From Paecilomyces variotii (taxonomy: Eukaryota), in assembly GCA_004022145.1 (NCBI GenBank), contig RCNU01000003.1: DNA of 64,000 bases, one strand, 5' to 3'. The notes under the pieces are model-generated. The model had not been told where the DNA came from. It was given only the letters and a program-made list of their open reading frames with translations, and did no database searches. Numbering within the stretch: the first letter of the stretch is position 1; each line of letters begins with the position of its first letter. This document shows, one piece after another, positions 35,382-49,059 of this stretch. The position numbers and the translations under genes were made by a program.

Positions 35382-37232
35382 TCACTTTCGGAGGGACCAG
35401 TCATAATCTTCGTCCAGGATATCTTCAATCGTAACAGAATCCTCCACAATAGCTTGGGTTTCAGAATCGGGCATTTCCGCAGGTTGCTGACCGTTGTTTT
35501 GGGGAGCGTTGTCGACCGTGTTAGCAGAGGGCTCGGAAGGAACACGTGCTCCCTCTGAGAATTCAAACTCCGTTTCCCAATCGGCTATGCTGACGTCTCC
35601 AGAGAGAAGAAACTTGCCGAACAGGAGCACTCCGTGGAAGGTCTCTTTGCCAGTAGGAACGATATTTGATGGCGGTAGGAGGAACCCATAACTGCCCTTA
35701 TCTCGTAACTTGATCTGATACGAGTAGCGCGCATGAAGCTGATGATAGAACCAATCCAACGCACTTCCTCCAGCGGTATCGACGGAAGGGTTCATTGTTT
35801 CCGAGTGTTTCCACTGGCCAGATACAACGTTCCCCTCACAGGCGGACGTGACCTCGTACGTCTCACGGTTGGTAAGACGGATCGCCTTTGCAATACCCAT
35901 AGCCAATTCCTCTAAGTTCTCCAGAGTCGGCGGGACGGACGAGCATGAATAGGCATAAGGATAAAGAATCTGCTGTGAGTAGGAATGCAGATCGAGGAAA
36001 CCGGTCATCTCGAAATTGTTGTTCTCGGTCTCATTTCTAGCCCATTCAGCAAAACTTTGGGACTCCACGGCTTCGAATGGGCCATCGCCGGCATAGAGCT
36101 CGGAGCAGGGGTTTGAACGTGTCGCGTCTCCGTTCCATTCAAAGTCCCAGGCACGATCGAGGTCAATTCCGCGACAAAAGTGCAGACTGGTTTGCTGCCT
36201 GTTCTTCCGCCAGAGTCGATCCGCCTCCCACGTGTAGACATATCCGTCCGGATTCAATGTTGGCACGAAAACCCAGTCGAACTCCTCGAGCAATTTCGTA
36301 ATGCGTTTGGATTTGCCGTAGCCAGTGATTAGCCTGTAGGCCACATATGTGACGGTCGAAGTACTGATCCATTCACGGGCATGCGTGCCACCGGTAACCA
36401 CAATCATCTTTCGCCTCTCTGAGTCACCTTCTGGTGTGCTTGGACGCACACCAAGCCGCAGGGCTGGAATATCGCGACCTTCATACGACGTTCCGACACT
36501 GATCATCCGGACATGTGTGGTAAACATTGACGCCATGAGTCGCATCCATGGAACGATGACAGACAGCGGTTGGTAATCGCGGAAGAACAGATCTGAAATC
36601 TCGGGTGATTGTTGCATGGAGGGGCTAAAGACTGGCTGGTCACCCAGACTGGTGCGTCGTGAGGACGGATAGGAGTTGTAAATCATTTCCGCAAGGTCTT
36701 CAATCAACAACGTGTGAGCCTTTTGCAATGACTTCGGCAGAAGACCCAGCAATGGAGGGATCTGAACAGGGAGGAATTGTCAGTCCAAAGGCCCTTCTGA
36801 GAGTCGCATCTCACTAACCATTTCTTGCGCGAGTCGGATATCCACAAACTCATCCGTGGCCACCCACACATCCAGAAAGAGGATATTGGTAGCTTCCGCC
36901 AGTGCTTCTGCCTCTCGCGGACTACTGATCTGGAAACGAAGAACGACATCGCTTCCATACCGCGCGAGCGTCTTGGCCGGCGGAGCATGGCCGTAGGTCA
37001 GGTCTTTCGAGGATACAATCCTCGAGTGTTTCCGCGGGATCCCCCATATCGTCTCGATGACTGCATCCCGCACGCGAGTCCAGGGTCGCCGGCGATCCTG
37101 AGACTGCGCAAGCAATTGTACCGGTTCGAGAGGAGGGGGAGGCGTGATGCTGGAGCCGGCGGGCACGGCAGGCACCAGAACGGCAAGCAGCAGCGCGCAG
37201 AGGAAGAGGAGAAGACAATGAAGCGTATGCAT
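35382..37232 (-). CDS. ECM14: M14 metallocarboxypeptidase-like Ecm14, predicted inactive (~597 aa)
   Basis: Exons 37232-36819 and 36761-35382. Signal peptide and prodomain (YGSDVVLRF), Zn ligands HAREW and DLHSY, WRKNR; the catalytic-Glu position reads K (YQIKLRD), as is typical of Ecm14. Confidence 0.93.
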
Positions 37233-39135
37233 CTTGTGCTCTCACGGCATCGTCCCGCGGGATGCGGATACGAGGGTCTGTCAGCAGCTGGGGGAGGTTG
37301 ATACCTAGTTACCGACTCACAGATTCATCACGTCGGAAGCCAAGAGGATCCGATGACGATAAGACCAAGGGATGCGCACAAAACCCACGGCGGGCCCTGG
37401 AACCACGACGGGTTCCAGCCTAAATGCTCTGGCGACGCGGCTCGACCATGAAATCTCCAGCTTTCAGTCGGCCAGTTCGATCCACTGCGACCTGTCGTGG
37501 GCCTGTGGCGCCTTCGAGATCTTCTAGGCGTTGTGGTAGTGCGAGGTCTCGAGCAGACAGCGTCCAACGGTTCCAACCAGGCAGAACTATTTTCGATTCT
37601 AGGGCTCATCAGGTCTAGATAGTCTACCTAATTACTCCGTATTATTGTGTCGCAGCTAACAGCTTCTCAGCAGTCTGTCCATGGCTCCATGCTACGACTG
37701 TTCGTCCCTTGACCTCCATTACCATGCGTGGCTGGGCTGGGCTTGAGGGTGTTTCTTGCGATTTGTGTGAAATCCAAAGGATAACGGGACAATTGACTCG
37801 ACAGTGTTTCATCGCAGAATAACCCTTGCGTTCAGTCGCCACCGTACGGGGGCTTTCCGGATAAATCTCGACCGCCAGTCATTATGGTTTCTATCCAGGC
37901 GTCGTCCTGCCATAATAATTCTCCGACTGTTATGCAGCCCAAAGGACCCGGGGCGCTTCCTCCAATGGTTACCTGGAAGGGACCATCAAGCGCAATTGGA
38001 GACTTTCGATTTCCTCCTGGTTCTTTCTGCGCTGCAGCACTTTGTTGCGATCTGTTTCACTGTGAAGATGGGGTCTGTATACAGTCTGGCTCTTCATGTC
38101 TGTGGACAATCGATCAGCACTATTATTGCTGCGTATCAATCGTAGTACTTAGGGAGCATCTAGTAATTAATAGATAATTAATAGCTTGCAAAAACGCTCT
38201 GCCGCTTGGTCTGCCAGCGATCGGCGTCCATGGTTCAGGGATGGACGAAAGCCGTGCCGACGTAAGAAAGGCATCGAGTAAGGATCGTTACCTGCCAGCG
38301 TAACCCACACTAACTCGATTCTTCCACGCTCGCGATGGGCATTATTTGGCTATTATTATTATATTATTATTTGCTCCATGATCGATGAGCTCAATAGACC
38401 ACCATAAATAATAATAACCCGGGCACGTGGTGGAACACCGTTGGGAACTAAAGTGACTCTAGACGCTCTTCGCCTTTTGCTGTCCCGCTCGCGCTCAACA
38501 CAGTTAAGCTGCTGCTTGCTTGGCGTCGTCGTACGCTGGCTGGGCTCGACCATCCCCCTCAAATCCCCCCCCAGAGAACACTGTGGACAGCTCTCCCTGT
38601 CAGCTTGTTTCTCCCTCTCGACGTCAGCTGTGTTTCCTCCTCAGCCCTATCACCGCCGCCCGTCAATTGTCGCTGCGTCTGGCGGTCCCCTTGTCCGGCC
38701 TGGTCCCGCGGGGTTTCCTTCCAATGATCCATCAGTGACCGGTCTGCGATGTAAGAGTCGCTTTGTCTGCGTCGCTCGCTTCTCTGCACAAACCCCATTT
38801 TGCATCACGGTGATTTGTTTTCATCGTGCTGCCCTGCTGCGAAGCCCTAGAAGAGCCGTTACGTGTGTCCGTGGAGCGTCTCAACTCCAGAAGAAGTGAA
38901 ACCGCATAGCACCGCAGCTCATCGCGGGTCCCCAAGTCCAAACAATCTGTTCGCGATGCCATCTTGGTGAGAGTGATACGACCAGCGTTCAAGTCATTAC
39001 AATCTGGGTCAAAAGGACTATCTGGCAACAAATACAATCTACGCTTGGACAAGCACTGAGGCGAGGAATCCATGGGACTATCGTCCATTCAGGGGAGGAG
39101 GAGTGCATAATTCCGCCAGACTCCCGCTGTGAATC

Positions 39136-42100
39136 ATGTATTGGAAAGCCCTCCGGTTAGGTGCTGATGCCAACGACTCCAAACGGCTAAGCACCTTCAA
39201 CCAGAGCGCCCAGTCTCGCCATAGTGAACATATACCACGTCCCAACCTATCCACATCCGAGCTGCCACCTAGGCGCTCAGAATCGACTCCCCGCATCCCC
39301 CAGGAAAGTGAGGACAATGAAGTGCGGCCAGTGACCCCTCAGAATGGTCAAGATGCAGTGGATGGTGAAAAAGTGCCTTTGTCCCCCTCTGCGGCGCAGG
39401 CGCAGACGCCGCGAAGGAACCGCTTCAGCCTGATGAGGTTCCGTCATGCATCTGATCCACAACTGTCCTCTTCTTATACTCGGGCAGGCGAAGATGTGCC
39501 TCCAGTGCCTCCCATGCCACGTAAGTTTTTTTTTGAAGATCAACGACTATCCAGGAAATTCCCCGCAGCTCTGGGAGACTGACTGCTGACGATTTGCCGC
39601 CGAACGACATAGCTCCTACGATTATTACGACAGCTCCTACGAACCATACCATTGAACAACCGACGAAGCGGAAAAACAAGATCAAACTGCTCCCTCGATC
39701 CAAGAAAGCTTCTTTGGAGGACCTGACTTTTAAGGCAAGCGAGGGGAACCTTGACCGCAATGCTAGGCCAGCCAATTCGGGGAGAGGATCGACGGACTCT
39801 CAGATAGGCAATTCAGGTCTTGGGGCATCCAGCACTAACGGAGAAGAGCCCGGTCGATTGTCAATCACGTCTCTGCGGAGTGGAGGAGGTCGTGGTCACA
39901 CCACTGATTCTAATCGTTCCTCGACAATCCAGGATCCAAGGTTCTCCGAGTCCTCGCAGTCAGAGGCAAGCTCTGGGGAGCCTAAGATCTATCGCTCTAG
40001 CTCACGGAATGATGATCAGAATACATCTGCTGCTAGCAAATTATTCCGTCTGCCGCGCATGAAGAAGTCTCGTGGTCCCCTCTTTCCTCTACCGATGAAG
40101 ATGAACCCTACAGATTCACCCCAGCAGCGGCCCGGCAATGGATCGGACAACGGCAAGCCAACTTCCAAAAAGAAAGACTCTGCAGAGATTGTTCAAAAAG
40201 GCGTCGGTTCAATTCCTCCCCCTGAGGACCAAATTACGCCCCTCCCTTCTCCCAGCCACTCAACTGTAGGGTTATCATCCCCGCGATCTGGGGCACCGCC
40301 TCTATTAAGGAACGACTCTACGACCTCTGCACGCTCTGCACAATCTGCATCGTCATTGAAAGGCCAGAATGGCCGCCCCCGTCGGGGTAGATCGTCTACG
40401 CTGGGCTCCGTAGTAGACGAACAACGCCAGCCACCGACCAATCTCCCCTCATCAGGTCGAAATTCGACGTCCACAAGTGGCCGGAAAAGCTTTGGGGATC
40501 TATTCAACTTGTCTCAGCGTCTGAGGCAGAATTCAGAACCTCCTCTTCCTAACAACAGCTCGCCCGCCACTCCCATATCATATTCCAAACCGGGATCATT
40601 CTGCTTTACACGCGATGTCGTCAACTGTCCAGAACGGGAAGAAGGCGATACACCTGCTACATACCTCTCTCGGCTGGAGGAAGCAGTGCGCAGAGGTGCG
40701 ATAGCTGGTATTCTATCGCAGTCCGGTGACGACTTCTACAAGACCGCGTTGCGCCGATACATGCGAAGCTTTGCATTTTTCGGTGATCCGATCGACATGG
40801 CTTTGCGTAAGCTTCTGATGGAGGTGGAATTGCCGAAGGAAACACAACAGATCGATAGAGTGCTCCAGGGATTTGCCGATAGATATCATGAGTGCAACCC
40901 GGGCATATTCGCATCAACAGGTATGCCCATTAGCCTCTTATCATGGGGACCAGATTGACTAATCATATCGCTTGCAGATCAAGCCTACTTCATTGCGTTT
41001 TCGATTCTGATACTGCACACAGATGTGTTCAACAAAAATAACAAACGCAAAATGCAGAAGCACGATTACGTCAAGAATACTCGTGGTGAAGGTGTAGCGG
41101 ATGAGATCTTGGAATGTTTCTATGATAATATTGCCTATACACCTTTCATTCATGTCGAGGATGAACTCAATCTCAACGGACGTCATCTAAATAAGCCTCG
41201 GAGGGGTTTGCTGAAGACCGCCAGTACGGATCACCTGTCGCGGGTCTCCAGCCAGCCCGTGGATCCATATGCCCTCATTCTTGAAGGAAAACTCGATACG
41301 CTGAGGCCAACGCTTAAGGACGTGATGAATTTGGAAGATACTTACAGTTGTACTGGGTCTAGCGGCCCACCAAATATGGATAGCCTACATCAAGCATTCT
41401 CCAAATCTGCTATTCTGCAAATCGTCTCGGCTCGATCACGCCCAGACGCCTTTATGACCCCATCTAGTATCGGCAACCCAGCCGATTCTCATCCTGGCCT
41501 TGTGGACATCAAGGTAGCAAAGGTCGGCCTTCTTTGGCGGAAGGATCCGAAAAAGAAGAAGACGAGATCGCCGTGGCAAGAATGGGGTGCCCTTCTGACT
41601 TTCTCCCAGCTTTACTTCTTCAAAGACGTCAACTGGGCGAAATCCTTGATTTCGCAATATGACGCGCAGAAAGCAGAGGGACGTCGAGGACCTGTTGTCT
41701 TCACGCCGCCTCTCGCTGATTTCAAGCCAGATGGAATCATGTCCACAGATGATGCTCTGGCTTTATTGGATTCGAGCTATAAGAAACATAAGCATGCGTT
41801 TCTTCTAATCCGGCATAACGCACTTGAGGAGACGTTCCTGGCAAATAGCGAAGCAGACATGAATGATTGGGTTGCAAAGCTTAACTACGCTGCAGCTTTG
41901 AGAACGACCGGTGTGCGGATGAAAGGAATGACTGGCACCAGTTACGAGGGTCAACGTCGTAGAGTCAGTCGTATGGGATCAGTCGCATCGGCCACCTCAG
42001 TTCAGTCTGCTGAAGCTGCAGCGGCGCCCGAATCAACTGCTAGTGCGCATCTTGCAGAGGAAGTTTCAGCGGCACGTAAGCAGCTGATGGCTCAAAGGAT

Positions 42101-43511
42101 CCAGGAGGCCAATGAGAGATTATTCACTTGTCAGAGACAGCTGGACGATCTCCTGAGAAATGCTAGACATTTGCAGGTGTTGACACCCGTCCATAACAGG
42201 GCAAGAGAGAATGTCATCCTGGCTGCGGGACGTATGGCAGCAAAACTAAAATGGATGAGGCTGGACATTTGGCGCACTAAGTGCTACAGAGAATTTCTCA
42301 TCCTCGACATGGGTGAGGAGAAGGACTATTTTGGAGCCTGGGGGAAGTTGGAGTTTACGCCTGTGGCTAATGCTACAGCAGCAACCGAAAGCCAGCCATC
42401 CGCAGCGAAAAGTCCGACTGTCGCTCCTGATTCCCCAAAGACCGATACCCACGGTATCGTCTCACCGTCCTCTCCTGAGAGACCACCGACACCTGACAAT
42501 CTATCTTTGGTGCCCTCGAGAGACCTACGTAGGGCGAGTATCGGCACATCGGTTGTTTCGGCGGAGCGGGCTCCCATCAACAGACAGTCTTCTCTGCCTG
42601 GTGCTAAAGACCGAGTCTCGTTACAAGATTCTATGACTGGGAAGCTTAAGCGTGAATCTTCTGTTCAGAGCGGCGGAAGCAGGACAGATGCTAGTGTCGA
42701 CGGGGAGGAGCGCATCCTCAGAGAAGCTGGTCTTCTTCCGGTTGACAGCGCCAGTGGCATCCCTGATACCCAGACTCTAGCCAGTGATGCCGGAGCGGAC
42801 AAGAGAGATGGATCTATCGGTACAGCTTCTGGCGAGCATCGTGGTCGCACCCACCGGAGCCTGCATCGTACCCTCAGGGACTCTCACCATGGCTCGCAGC
42901 ACCAAAGGGTCAAGAAAGGACACGAGTCTAGTTCCTCCGTTCCGGTCCCGGACGAGAGTCATTCTCAAGCAGAGAGTGAGGGGCTATCCAGGAAAGAACC
43001 CAGTTTCACTGTGCATGGCAAGAAAGCCTCCGTGATTACATTTGGGTCTGAGTGGCAGAATATGTCACCGGAGGAGCGATTGAAACTGCGAAAGCCACCG
43101 GCTGCAGATGAGTCGAGAGCTAGCGATATACCACTCGCTGATGGCACAGAATCGATGTTTGCTGGGTCCATGAATGGCGGGCGACCTAACTCGCTGCGGA
43201 GTGCAAGCACTACGACTGCCCGAAGTTTCCGTGCCCATGAAGAATCTTCGAAGGATATACCATCGCTCCCTCCGCTAGGAGAGCTTGAGAAAAGAACATC
43301 CACAGCTTTCGATGATGGAATGAAAACAAAGGACACCGCTGCCTCTATGGAGGCCATTTCGCCCCTCTCTTCCGCCCCGGAGAGCAATGAGCGCAACACG
43401 CCGTTAAAGATAGAAAGCAATGCTTTATCAGGAGAAGAAACACCAATCGATCACAATATGTCCCAGGAAAAGCTATCACCTGGCCCGCATCATCAGGCTG
43501 TGAGTGCGTAG
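39136..43511 (+). CDS. Sec7-domain + PH-domain Arf guanine-nucleotide exchange factor (Syt1-like, ~1408 aa)
   Basis: Exons 39136-39520, 39613-40920 and 40978-43511. Sec7 motifs PIDMALRKLL..ELPKETQQIDRVL..FADRY..CNP and AFSILILHTDVFN; PH domain KVGLLWRKD..WQEWGALLT..MNDWVAKLNYAAA. Confidence 0.92.
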
Positions 43512-45286
43512 TGTACTTTTGGGCGTCGTCTTCTACAACCGACTATTTGCTTTCCTCTCTTCCGCAACGTCATCCACTCTGAAACCCGCAATACGTTACG
43601 CTGATACCCAATATTCTCTGTTTAATTTTTCTTATGTTTCTCGAGCCCGTCGACTTACTCTTGACTATGGCTCATCTCTCGCTTTTCGTTGTACATTTTT
43701 CACGAGGATACCCGAGTTTCTGCTAGGGCACACCATCCACCACATCTATTGGGCTGCTAACACCGACTCTTCATCGCTTTTTCTTTTCACATTTCACGAA
43801 TTCTCCATGCTTCGTGCCTCACGGGTTTACTCTATTGCAGAAGCTTAACGCTGAGACCAAAAATGTGTACATTACATCAAACCAGACACGTACGTTTCTG
43901 TTGGAGTGTCCATCTTCTCTCTCTCTCTCTTTTTCTCCTATAATCTTGTTTCCCTTTTTGTTGTACAGAATTTGGTTTTTCCCAAGGCCGGGAGGGGGTG
44001 GTGCATGATTCCGTCCACAAGGGAAGAGAGGAACTCAACGAAAAGCGAAAAACATTTTCACCCTGCGGCATCTACTAGGGTATCCTGCAAAGAGAATGCC
44101 ATGTTCGCAAGGACATTAGATCAATAGTAAATAGTCGATTCAAACTACTACTTCTCAAAGTCTGCCTTCCTAGCGATGAGTAATCAGGAGTACGGATAGA
44201 TTAGGTATGTATCTTCGCTCGTTCTGCTGTAGTTCACATATTGATAATGCTTTTACCTAGCAAATTTGAACCGTATGATACCCCTTGTAATATCTACTAC
44301 CATTATCACTTTCTCTCTTGTGCTGTACTGTACTGACCGCGACGCAAGAGCCCCGTCTTGGTCGTCAACGAGCTATGGACTGATTCTCCTGCTCTTCCTG
44401 ATCCGTGTTGGGAGAGTTACTAGAGAACTGGTATGAAGTCCATAGAAAAGCGGACAGACAGTTTCTAGACCCATCCATCTTTTCCAGTAATCTCCGGCCA
44501 TTATTGCAGGCTTCTACAGAACCAGGAATGCTCATCCTTATAATAATTAATAAATACTACAAGAAAATATCCGCTCATTAAGAATGTTAACCCTACCTTG
44601 AAGAACATGCAAGATAATAATGAAATCAGCAAAGAACACATACTCTTACTCTGGAGTCTCTATATTCCAGGCTCTGAAGTGAAGACTAAGGGTGTTAACC
44701 CCTGTCAAAACAAGTGAAAGATGATTTTTTGGACCCGCTTCTACTACAGCACAGCGGAGCGGAGGCGGAGCGGAGCCTGGCTGGGTAGTAGTAGTAGCAC
44801 ACGACAACAGAAAGGAATCACACGCAAAAAAAAACACGTCCAATATTTACCTATTCTCTCTTTATTCCCCTTTCTTTCTTCTCTGTCTGCAGCGGAGAAC
44901 TTGTGCTCAACCCCTTTCCTTTCAAGACTCTCTTTCCTGATGGTTCAGTTCATTTCTGTTCCCTCCTGGCTGTATGTTGCACCTGTTAATGACTCCTGAG
45001 GAGGTTTATTAATATATGAAGAGAGGTTAACTGATTCTGTGATAGGAAAGTCTTCTGGTTTCGCTGTAGATCTGTTGTCTCTTGCCTTTTTGGAAAAGTA
45101 CGTGCAGCTGAAGATTCGCTGCAGCTTTTTGTGATAGCTTCACTGAGACGCTGAAAAGGTTAGTTTGTTTTGTTCTCTTTTTTCCTCTAGGCACTTTGCT
45201 GGGCTTGTTTGAGCTGTATAGGAACTCTGTTGTATGGTTGAAGGTTGCTAACTTGTCACAACTCTAGATCTATTAGTTAGGTCTTC

Positions 45287-46716
45287 ATGATGTCACGTGA
45301 GTATAATATTGTCCTGCCATGAGTGAATGTGTTAAGAGGAGATTATGACGGGATAGAAATGAGACAACATGATCTGGGTTTGCTAACAGAGTGTTTGGCT
45401 TTATAGACGCTGAAGGGCCGGCTGAGGCTGGTGAGGCAGCACAATGGGAGAAGACTTTCATAAAGACGTTCATTAGCGAAGGCAGAGGCATGGGCCTGAA
45501 GGCCACATCGGACCTCGCGGCGGGGACCCTGCTCATTAGTGAGCAGGTCATCGCCGTCTTCGGGGAAGAGAGAGTCAAGTCTGTGACCAACCCACGCGAA
45601 TATAACCAGCTCGTGGCCAGTAAGGTCAAGGCGATGGGCGGAAACGAATTCGCTCGTCAATTCATGACGCTCCCCAACAAGCATAGAGACGCGTACCAAG
45701 GCTTCAAGAACGTCTTCGGAGGAGTTATCGAGACATGCCATTTCCCAGCGAACCTTGACGACAATCCAGCTGCTGTTGTCGGTCTTGATTCTGCTTATCT
45801 GAACCATTCGTGCATTCCGAATGTCGTTGTGAGTTTCTTGACGCCTGAGGACATCTATGGCGAGCATGCAAAGCAACACCCTGATGAATACTGGCTCAGA
45901 GCATACACCTGCGTTGGTGTCGCTGAGGGCGAGGAGCTAGCTGCCGCGTACAGCCATTTGAATGTTCCCTCTGCCATAAGAAAGGCGAGACTGAAGGGAT
46001 TCTACGGCTTTTCCTGTTGCTGCAAGCATTGCGAGGCACCAGATCCTGAAGTAGACGGGTTCCTGGACGTGTATGGAAAGATCGAACGCACAGTCATCCA
46101 GCCCAACGTCATCGACAATGAGCCTGCTGCGGCTCTCGAAGCAGCGTACGATCTCGGAATCGGCATGACTTCTGTGGGTATCTTCGACTATCGTTACGCC
46201 ACACTCTGGGAACAGTGTGCCGTTATTTGTGCCTGGCATTCCGATGAAGGTCGCGCCATGTTCTTTGCCGGTAGAGCGCATGCTACTTATGAGCTGATCG
46301 AAGGTCCGGACGGCCGCAACACCAGGAGACTTTGGATCTGGAGGAGTAATATCAAAGGACTTCCTGGGTACGGGGCCTCTAAGAGAGGAAAGTCAAGCGA
46401 AATGGAGGCAAAACTCCTAATATTCAACCCGAGACAGCAGGCGCAGATGCTATTCATGCTTGGTGCAAATAAGAATGAATACATAAGGCTCAGCGACTAT
46501 TTCGGGCTCATCGGACAAGGAGAAGATCAAACTTTTGGCTGGAGCGTCAGAGAGCATGACGACGACAAGGAGGAAGAGCAGACCGCAGAGGAACTTGAAG
46601 CTCTTCTGAAAGACTTGGAAGACGAGAAAAAGGAATACGACCAGGGAAGACTGGCGAAGGATAAGGAGAAATCTAAAGGCAAGAAAAAGAACAAGGGAAA
46701 GAAGGCAAAGCACTAG
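45287..46716 (+). CDS. SET-domain (SMYD/Set5-like) lysine methyltransferase with post-SET Cys cluster (~439 aa)
   Basis: Predicted 10-nt first coding exon ATGATGTCAC (45287-45296), intron GTGAGT...GCTAAC...TAG (45297-45406), exon 45407-46716. Motifs GRGMGLKAT, YLNHSCIPN, GEELAAAY, GFSCCCKHC; acidic and Lys-rich tail. The exact start is less certain than the domain call. Confidence 0.82.
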
Positions 46717-47235
46717 CTACCTAGGTAAGGATCTAGCCAGGATACTCCTTGGATGTTTAATTCGAATTCCTGTGCTTGGAACTATGATTTATTGGGCGGT
46801 TCTGGGTGCTGTTCTGCTGTCATTTCCTATGGTAGTCAGTGTTTGCATACGAGGGGGCAAGATGTGAGCGGAGCGGAGAATCAGGGCGGAGAAGAAGAAG
46901 AAGAAGGTTGTTTTGACGGCGGAAACGTGATTATGTCATGGCGTCGGAGCTGCGAGCGCATCTCAGTCTCGTCTAGACTAGGAACTGTTCGTCTTTTGCC
47001 TTCACGCTCTGATCTCTGGAGATAATCAATCTTGCACTTATTTCCCACATGGACGTACGATGTGATTAGATAAATTCCAGAATTCGAGCTTTTCTTTGAG
47101 CAATCGCCGCATTCAACGACCCCGGACGTCATTTGCGAAAGTCTCCTCCGAGCTCCGCGCACCCCCTCTAACCAGCACCTACAGCTAGGTGGTAACTTCT
47201 TTCTCTTCTTCATATGTTCAGAATAGAGAACAAAT

Positions 47236-48540
47236 ATGGCGCATTCTAAACGCAACACCTCCCTCCCTCACTTCACCTCCTATGAGCGCGACCTCCTACG
47301 CACAACCTGGGGTACGCAACGGACTCGATTATCCCGCGACTCTTTCCTGCCGTTCGGATCATGTCGTCTCTGTCTAGAACCAGCGCGACCTCCAGTCGTG
47401 GCCTGTGCTACAAATGGCGATCTATTCTGTCGCGAATGCGCAATCAACGACCTCCTAGCGCAACGGAAAGAGATCAAGCGTCTAGAGCGTGAGCGCGAGG
47501 AAGCGCGACGACGACTGGAGGAAGAGGAGGCCCTCACACTGGAAGAGGCGCGGACACGGGAGTTACGGGAATTTGAGCTTGTCAGTATGGGATTGGAGGC
47601 AACAAATGGAGCTGCAGGCAAGAAGCGCAAGGCGGAGGAATCAGAGGCGATAGCTGCGTTTCGACAACGGGAAGTGGAAATAGACGGGAAACGAAGAAAG
47701 GTCTTTGAGTTGAATGAGGAGGAGATGAAACGGGCTGCGAGGTTGGAGCAAGAGAGGCTGAAAAGTGAGCTGAAGAAAGAGAAGGTTCGTTTTGGATTGT
47801 GTCCTGTTGATCCCCCTCTGGTATATATATATACTTTGGGCTAACAGCGTGTTGTCAGTTGGAAAACAAATCTGCTCTCCCTTCATTCTGGGTGCCATCA
47901 CAGACTCCAGACACCAACGCCTTCGAGGCCGCGGCCTCTAAACCCGTCAAACTCGCCCCAATATGTCCTGGCTCAGGAGAGAGCAACCGCCATACATACT
48001 CCTTGAAGCTCCTAGTCGACGTCCATTTCACGGAAGAGAAAGCAGACGATGGCAGCGATAAGCTTCAGCGCGTGTGTCCATCCTGCAAGAAGGCCCTAAC
48101 TAACGGCCTGAAGGCAATGCGTATGTTTCATCTATCTATTATTCCCAGTATCCACCCAGGATTGCAAAATCTAACCAGATCTAGTAACAAAACCCTGCGG
48201 TCACGTCATCTGCTTTCCCTGCGTCCAGAAGTTCATGATGCCCCAACTCCATAATACGGCTCCTGACCCGCACGCCTCCAAGGAACAGCAAGACGCTGAC
48301 GCCGCTCGCCGCGGCAAGATGCTCTGCTACGTCTGCGAGGCGGACGTCACGCCTGAACCCCGTAGCAGCGCCAACGGGAAGGAGGACGAGAATGGGAACG
48401 GAAAACACAAAAAGAAAAGCAAAGATAAAGAGAACGGCAAGATCGGCAGGGGCGTCGTTGAGATTACTTCCGAGGGAACGGGATTTGCCGGCGGAGGAGT
48501 AAATATGGCGAAGAAGGTGGGTGTGGCGTTTCAATGTTAG
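47236..48540 (+). CDS. NOSIP-like RING/U-box protein (~388 aa)
   Basis: Exons 47236-47784, 47859-48120 and 48185-48540. MAHSKRNTS..FTSYER..WGTQRTRLSRDS..PFGSCRLCL, LPSFWVPS, CPSCKKALTN..PCGHVICFPC, EGTGFAGGG. Confidence 0.9.
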
Positions 48541-49059
48541 GGGTGATAATGGCGGCATTATTAGCATGCATATACTTGTCTTACTTTCTTATTTGTTGAT
48601 GTTCGCTTTTTCTTGTTACGAACATTAAGGGGGGTGTATCATATAAAATACGCGCCCAAGGACAGCCCTGTTGCTGTGTCTCGATGTATAGAATATGTGG
48701 AATCGAATGTTGCAGATGGCCTCGGGATAATTTGAGGAATTGTTTGACCATTCTTACAAAGACATGACGAGACCAAGTCTTAAGAAATAGATAATAACTA
48801 TCTATAGACGTAATTTGATATCAACATTGTACGCTAATCACACACATCGCCAGAGTCTTCAACGACGAGGCCGAAACAGAGTATAATACTATAAACACTC
48901 TTAACTATGTAGTCATCATGCCCCATGCATAGATTCCCAACCTAAAGAATAAACGCCACGAAATATGTATGAGATGCCGCTGGGGGACGTATGATACAGG
49001 CGTCCAACCACTCTGTTGTAGTTGCTATGGATTCATCTGCCAAGCAGGGAGGAGGGTAT

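Noticed and set aside
46714..46728. TAG CTA read-through context at the SET gene stop
   Set aside because: Read-through would add only X-L-P-R before TAA, which is not a PTS1 or other signal.
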